Below, one piece after another: positions 60,601 to 64,000 of a stretch of DNA of 64,000 bases (position 1 is the stretch's first letter; the number at the start of each line of letters is the position of its first letter). The translations under genes and the position numbers were made by a program. The DNA comes from the human T2T-CHM13v2.0 reference genome, Homo sapiens. The stretch lies in assembly GCF_009914755.1 (NCBI RefSeq), contig NC_060938.1. One strand, given 5' to 3'. The notes beneath the pieces were generated by a model. It was not told the DNA's origin. It saw only the letters and a program-made list of their open reading frames with translations, and made no database searches.

Positions 60601-63600
60601 TCTAGATTTTATAGGAAGATATTCCCGTTTCCAACGAAATCTTCACAGCTATCCAAATATCCACTTGCAGATTCTACAAAAAGAGTGTATCAAAACTGCT
60701 CTGTCAAAAGGAAGGTTCTTTTCTGTTAGGTGAGTGCATACGTCATAAAGGAGTTTCTGAGAATGTTTCTGTCTAGTGGTTATGGGAAGATATTTGCTTT
60801 TTCACCGTAGGCCTCAGAGCGCTCCAAATATCCACTTGCACATACTACAAAAAGAGTGCCTCAAACTGCTCTCTGAAACGGAATGTTCAACTCTATGAGT
60901 TGAATGCAAACATCGCAAAGACGTTTCTGAGAATGCTTCTGTCTAGATTTGATATGAAGATATTCCCGTTTCCAACGAAATCTTCAAATCTATCCAAATG
61001 TCCACTTGCAGATTCAACAAAAAGTGTTTTTCAGAACTGCTCTATCAAAAGAAAGATCCACCTCTGTTAGCTGAGTTCACACATCACAAACAAGTTTATG
61101 AGAATGCTTCTGTCTAGTTTTTATTTGAAGATATTTCCTTTCTCACCATAGAGCTGAAAGCTGTCCTAATGTTCACTTCCAGATACTACAGAAAGAGTGT
61201 TTCAAAACTGCTGTACGAAAGGGAATGCTCAACTCTGTGACTTGAATGCACACATCACAAAGAAGTTTCTGAGGATGCTGCTGGCTACTTTGTATAGGTA
61301 ATCCCGTTTCCAACGAAATCCTCCAAGCTATCCAAATATCCACTTGCAGATTCCACAGAAAGACTGTTTCAAAACTGCTCTGTCAATAGAAAGGTTCAAC
61401 TCTGTTAGCTGCGTGCATATATCCCAAAGAAGATTCTCAGATTGCTTCTGTCTAGTTTTTATGGGAAGATATTTCCCTTTTCACCGTAGGTGTCAAGGCG
61501 CTCCAAATGTCCACTTCCAGATACTACAAAAGGAGTGTTTCAAACCTACTCTGTGAAAGGGAATATTCAACTCTGTGACTTGAATGCACATATCACAAAG
61601 AAGTTTCTGAGAATGCTTCTGTCGAGATTTGATATGAAGATATTCCCGTTTCCAACGAAATCCTGAAATGTATCCAAATATCCCCTCGCAGATTCTACAA
61701 AAAGAGTGTTTCAAAACTGCTCTGTGAAAAGAAAGGTTCAACTCTGTTAGTTGAGTACACACATCACAAACAAGTTTCACAGAATGCTTCTTTCTAGCTT
61801 GTAGGGGAAGATATTCCCTTTATCACCATGGGCCTCCAACCGTCCGAAACATCCACTTCCATATACTACAAAAAGAGCGTTTCAAACCTGCTCTATGAAA
61901 GGCAATGTTCAACTCTGTGACTTGAATGCAGACATCACAGAGCAGTTTCTGAGAATGCTTCTGTCTAGATTTTATAGGAAGATATTCCCGTTTCCAACGA
62001 AATCTTCACAGCTATCCAAATATCCACTTGCAGATCCTACAAAAAGAGTGTATCAAAACTGCTCTGTCAAAAGGAAGGTTCTTTTCTGTTAGGTGAGTGC
62101 ATACGTCATAAAGGAGTTTCTGAGAATGTTTCTGTCTAGTGGTTATGGGAAGATATTTGCTTTTTCACCGTAGGCCTCAGAGCGCTCCAAATATCCACTT
62201 GCACATACTACAAAAAGAGTGCCTCAAAGCTGCTCTCTGAAACGGAATGTTCAACTCTATGAGTTGAATGCAAACATCGCAAAGACGTTTCTGAGAATGC
62301 TTCTGTCTAGATTTGATATGAAGATATTCCCGTTTCCATCGAAATCTTCAAATCTATCCAAATGTCCACTTGCAGATTCAACAAAAAGTGTTTTTCAGAA
62401 CTGCTCTATCAAAAGAAAGATCCACCTCTGTTAGCTGAGTTCAGACATCACAAACAAGTTTATGAGAATGCTTCTGTCTAGTTTTTATTTGAAGATATTT
62501 CCTTTCTCACCATAGACCTGAAAGCTGTCCTAATGTTCACTTCCAGTTACTACAGAGAGAGTGTTTCAAAACTGCTGTACGAAAGGGAATGTTCAACTCT
62601 GTGACTTGAATGCACACATCACAAAGAAGTTTCTGAGGATGCTGCTGTCTACTTTTTATACTTAATCCCGTTTCCAACGAAATCCTCCAAGCTATCCAAA
62701 TATCCACTTGCAGATTCCACAGAAAGACTGTTTCAAAACTGCTCTGTCAATAGAAAGGTTCAACTCTGTTAGCTGCGTGCATATATCCCAAAGAAGATTC
62801 TGAGATTGCTTCTGTCTAGTTTTTATGGGAAGATATTTCCCTTTTCACCGTAGGCATCAAGGCGCTCCAAATGTCCACTTCCAGATACTACAAAAAGACT
62901 GTTTCAAACCTACTCTGTGAAAGGGAATATTCAACTCTGTGACTTGAATGCACATATCACAAGGAAGTTTCTGAGAATGCTTCTGTCGAGATTTTATATG
63001 AAGATATTCCCGTTTCCAACGAAATCCTGAAATGTATCCAAATATCCCCTCGCAGATTCTACAAAAAGAGTGTATCAAAACTGCTCTGTAAAAAGAAAGG
63101 TTCAACTCTGTTAGTTGAGTACACACATCACAAACAAGTTTCACAGAATGCTTCTTTCTAGCTTGTAGGGGAAGATTCCCCTTTATCACCATGGTCCTCA
63201 AACCGTCCGAAATGTCCACTTCCATATACTACAAAAAGAGCGTTTCAAACCTGCTGTATGAAAGGCAATGTTCAACTCTGTGACTTGAATGCAGACATCA
63301 CAGAGCAGTTTCTGAGAATGCTTCTGTCTAGATTTTATAGGAAGATATTCCCGTTTCCAACGAAATCTTCACAGCTATCCAAATATCCACTTGCAGATTC
63401 TATAAAAAGAGTGTATCAAAACTGCTCTGTCAAAAGGAAGGTTCTTCTCTGTTAGGTGAGTGCATACGTCATAAAGGAGTTTCTGAGAATGTTTCTGTCT
63501 AGTGGTTATGGGAAGATATTTGCTTTTTCACCGTAGGCCTCAGAGCGCTCCAAATATCCACTTGCACATACTACAAAAAGAGTGCCTCAAACTGCTCTCT

Positions 63601-64000
63601 GAAACGGAATGTTCAACTCTATGAGTTGAATGCAAACATCGCAAAGACGTTTCTGAGAATGCTTCTGTCTAGATTTGATATGAAGATATTCCCGTTTCCA
63701 ACGAAATCTTCAAATCTATCCAAATGTCCACTTGCAGATTCAACAAAAAGTGTTTTTCAGAACTGCTCTATCAAAAGAAAGATCCACCTCTGTTAGCTGA
63801 GTTCACACATCACAAACAAGTTTATGAGAATGCTTCTGTCTAGTTTTTATTTGAAGATATTTCCTTTCTCACCATAGAGCTGAAAGCTGTCCTAATGTTC
63901 ACTTCCAGATACTACAGAAAGAGTGTTTCAAAACTGCTGTACGAAAGGGAATGTTCAACTCTGTGACTTGAATGCACACATCACAAAGAAGTTTCTGAGG

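Larger units (their letters stand above)
1..64000 (-). repeat. Centromeric alpha-satellite higher-order repeat array (8 monomers, 1364-bp HOR, ~47 copies)
   Basis: Alphoid motifs recur about every 171 bp and read in conventional orientation on the minus strand (e.g. + strand TCACAAAGAAGTTTCTGAGAATG = revcomp CATTCTCAGAAACTTCTTTGTGA). The same ORF start recurs at 541, 1905, 3269, 4633 ... 63258, a 1364-bp period with occasional 1363, 1362 or 1359 steps. Confidence 0.99.

Noticed and set aside
139-63455. Recurring 65-122 aa ORFs on both strands (MKGNVQ..., MPQ/MLQSCS..., MKLVCD..., MEVD...)
   Set aside because: They are translations of alpha-satellite monomers that recur with the HOR period. 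Many use non-ATG starts, they are freely created or destroyed by single changes (e.g. stop at ~53851, frameshifts at ~13148 and ~38858), and they show no recognisable domain.
290-63710. Regularly spaced conserved 17-24 bp motif resembling a CRISPR repeat array
   Set aside because: The intervening ~320-bp segments are themselves repeats rather than unique spacers, there are no cas genes, and the motif is the CENP-B box.
1-64000. Hidden insertion, inversion, mobile element or novel gene system
   Set aside because: Every HOR step is within 5 bp of 1364 and orientation is constant, leaving no room for non-satellite sequence.

Overview
The whole 64 kb window is one uninterrupted, single-orientation array of primate (almost certainly human) centromeric alpha-satellite DNA. 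It consists of ~171-bp monomers arranged as about 47 copies of a 1364-bp 8-mer higher-order repeat (HOR). CENP-B-box monomers alternate strictly with pJalpha-type monomers, which is the dimeric, suprachromosomal-family-2-like layout. The unit length and the TaqI/XbaI site pattern fit the chr14/22 array (alphaXT, D14Z9/D22Z1) best, but that assignment is an inference and needs a database check. I see no genes, RNA genes, transposon insertions, inversions or CRISPR arrays, and all listed ORFs are by-products of the repeat. I found no evidence of an undescribed biological system. The informative signal is the history recorded in copy-specific variants: a 2728-bp (2-HOR) alternation, a young 4085-bp (3-HOR) tandem duplication, long-range duplications at 13-, 14- and 20-HOR offsets, probable conversion patches, a haplotype shift near 39 kb, and a divergent copy at ~50 kb with two adjacent broken CENP-B boxes. 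All comparisons were made by eye, so variant lists may be incomplete.
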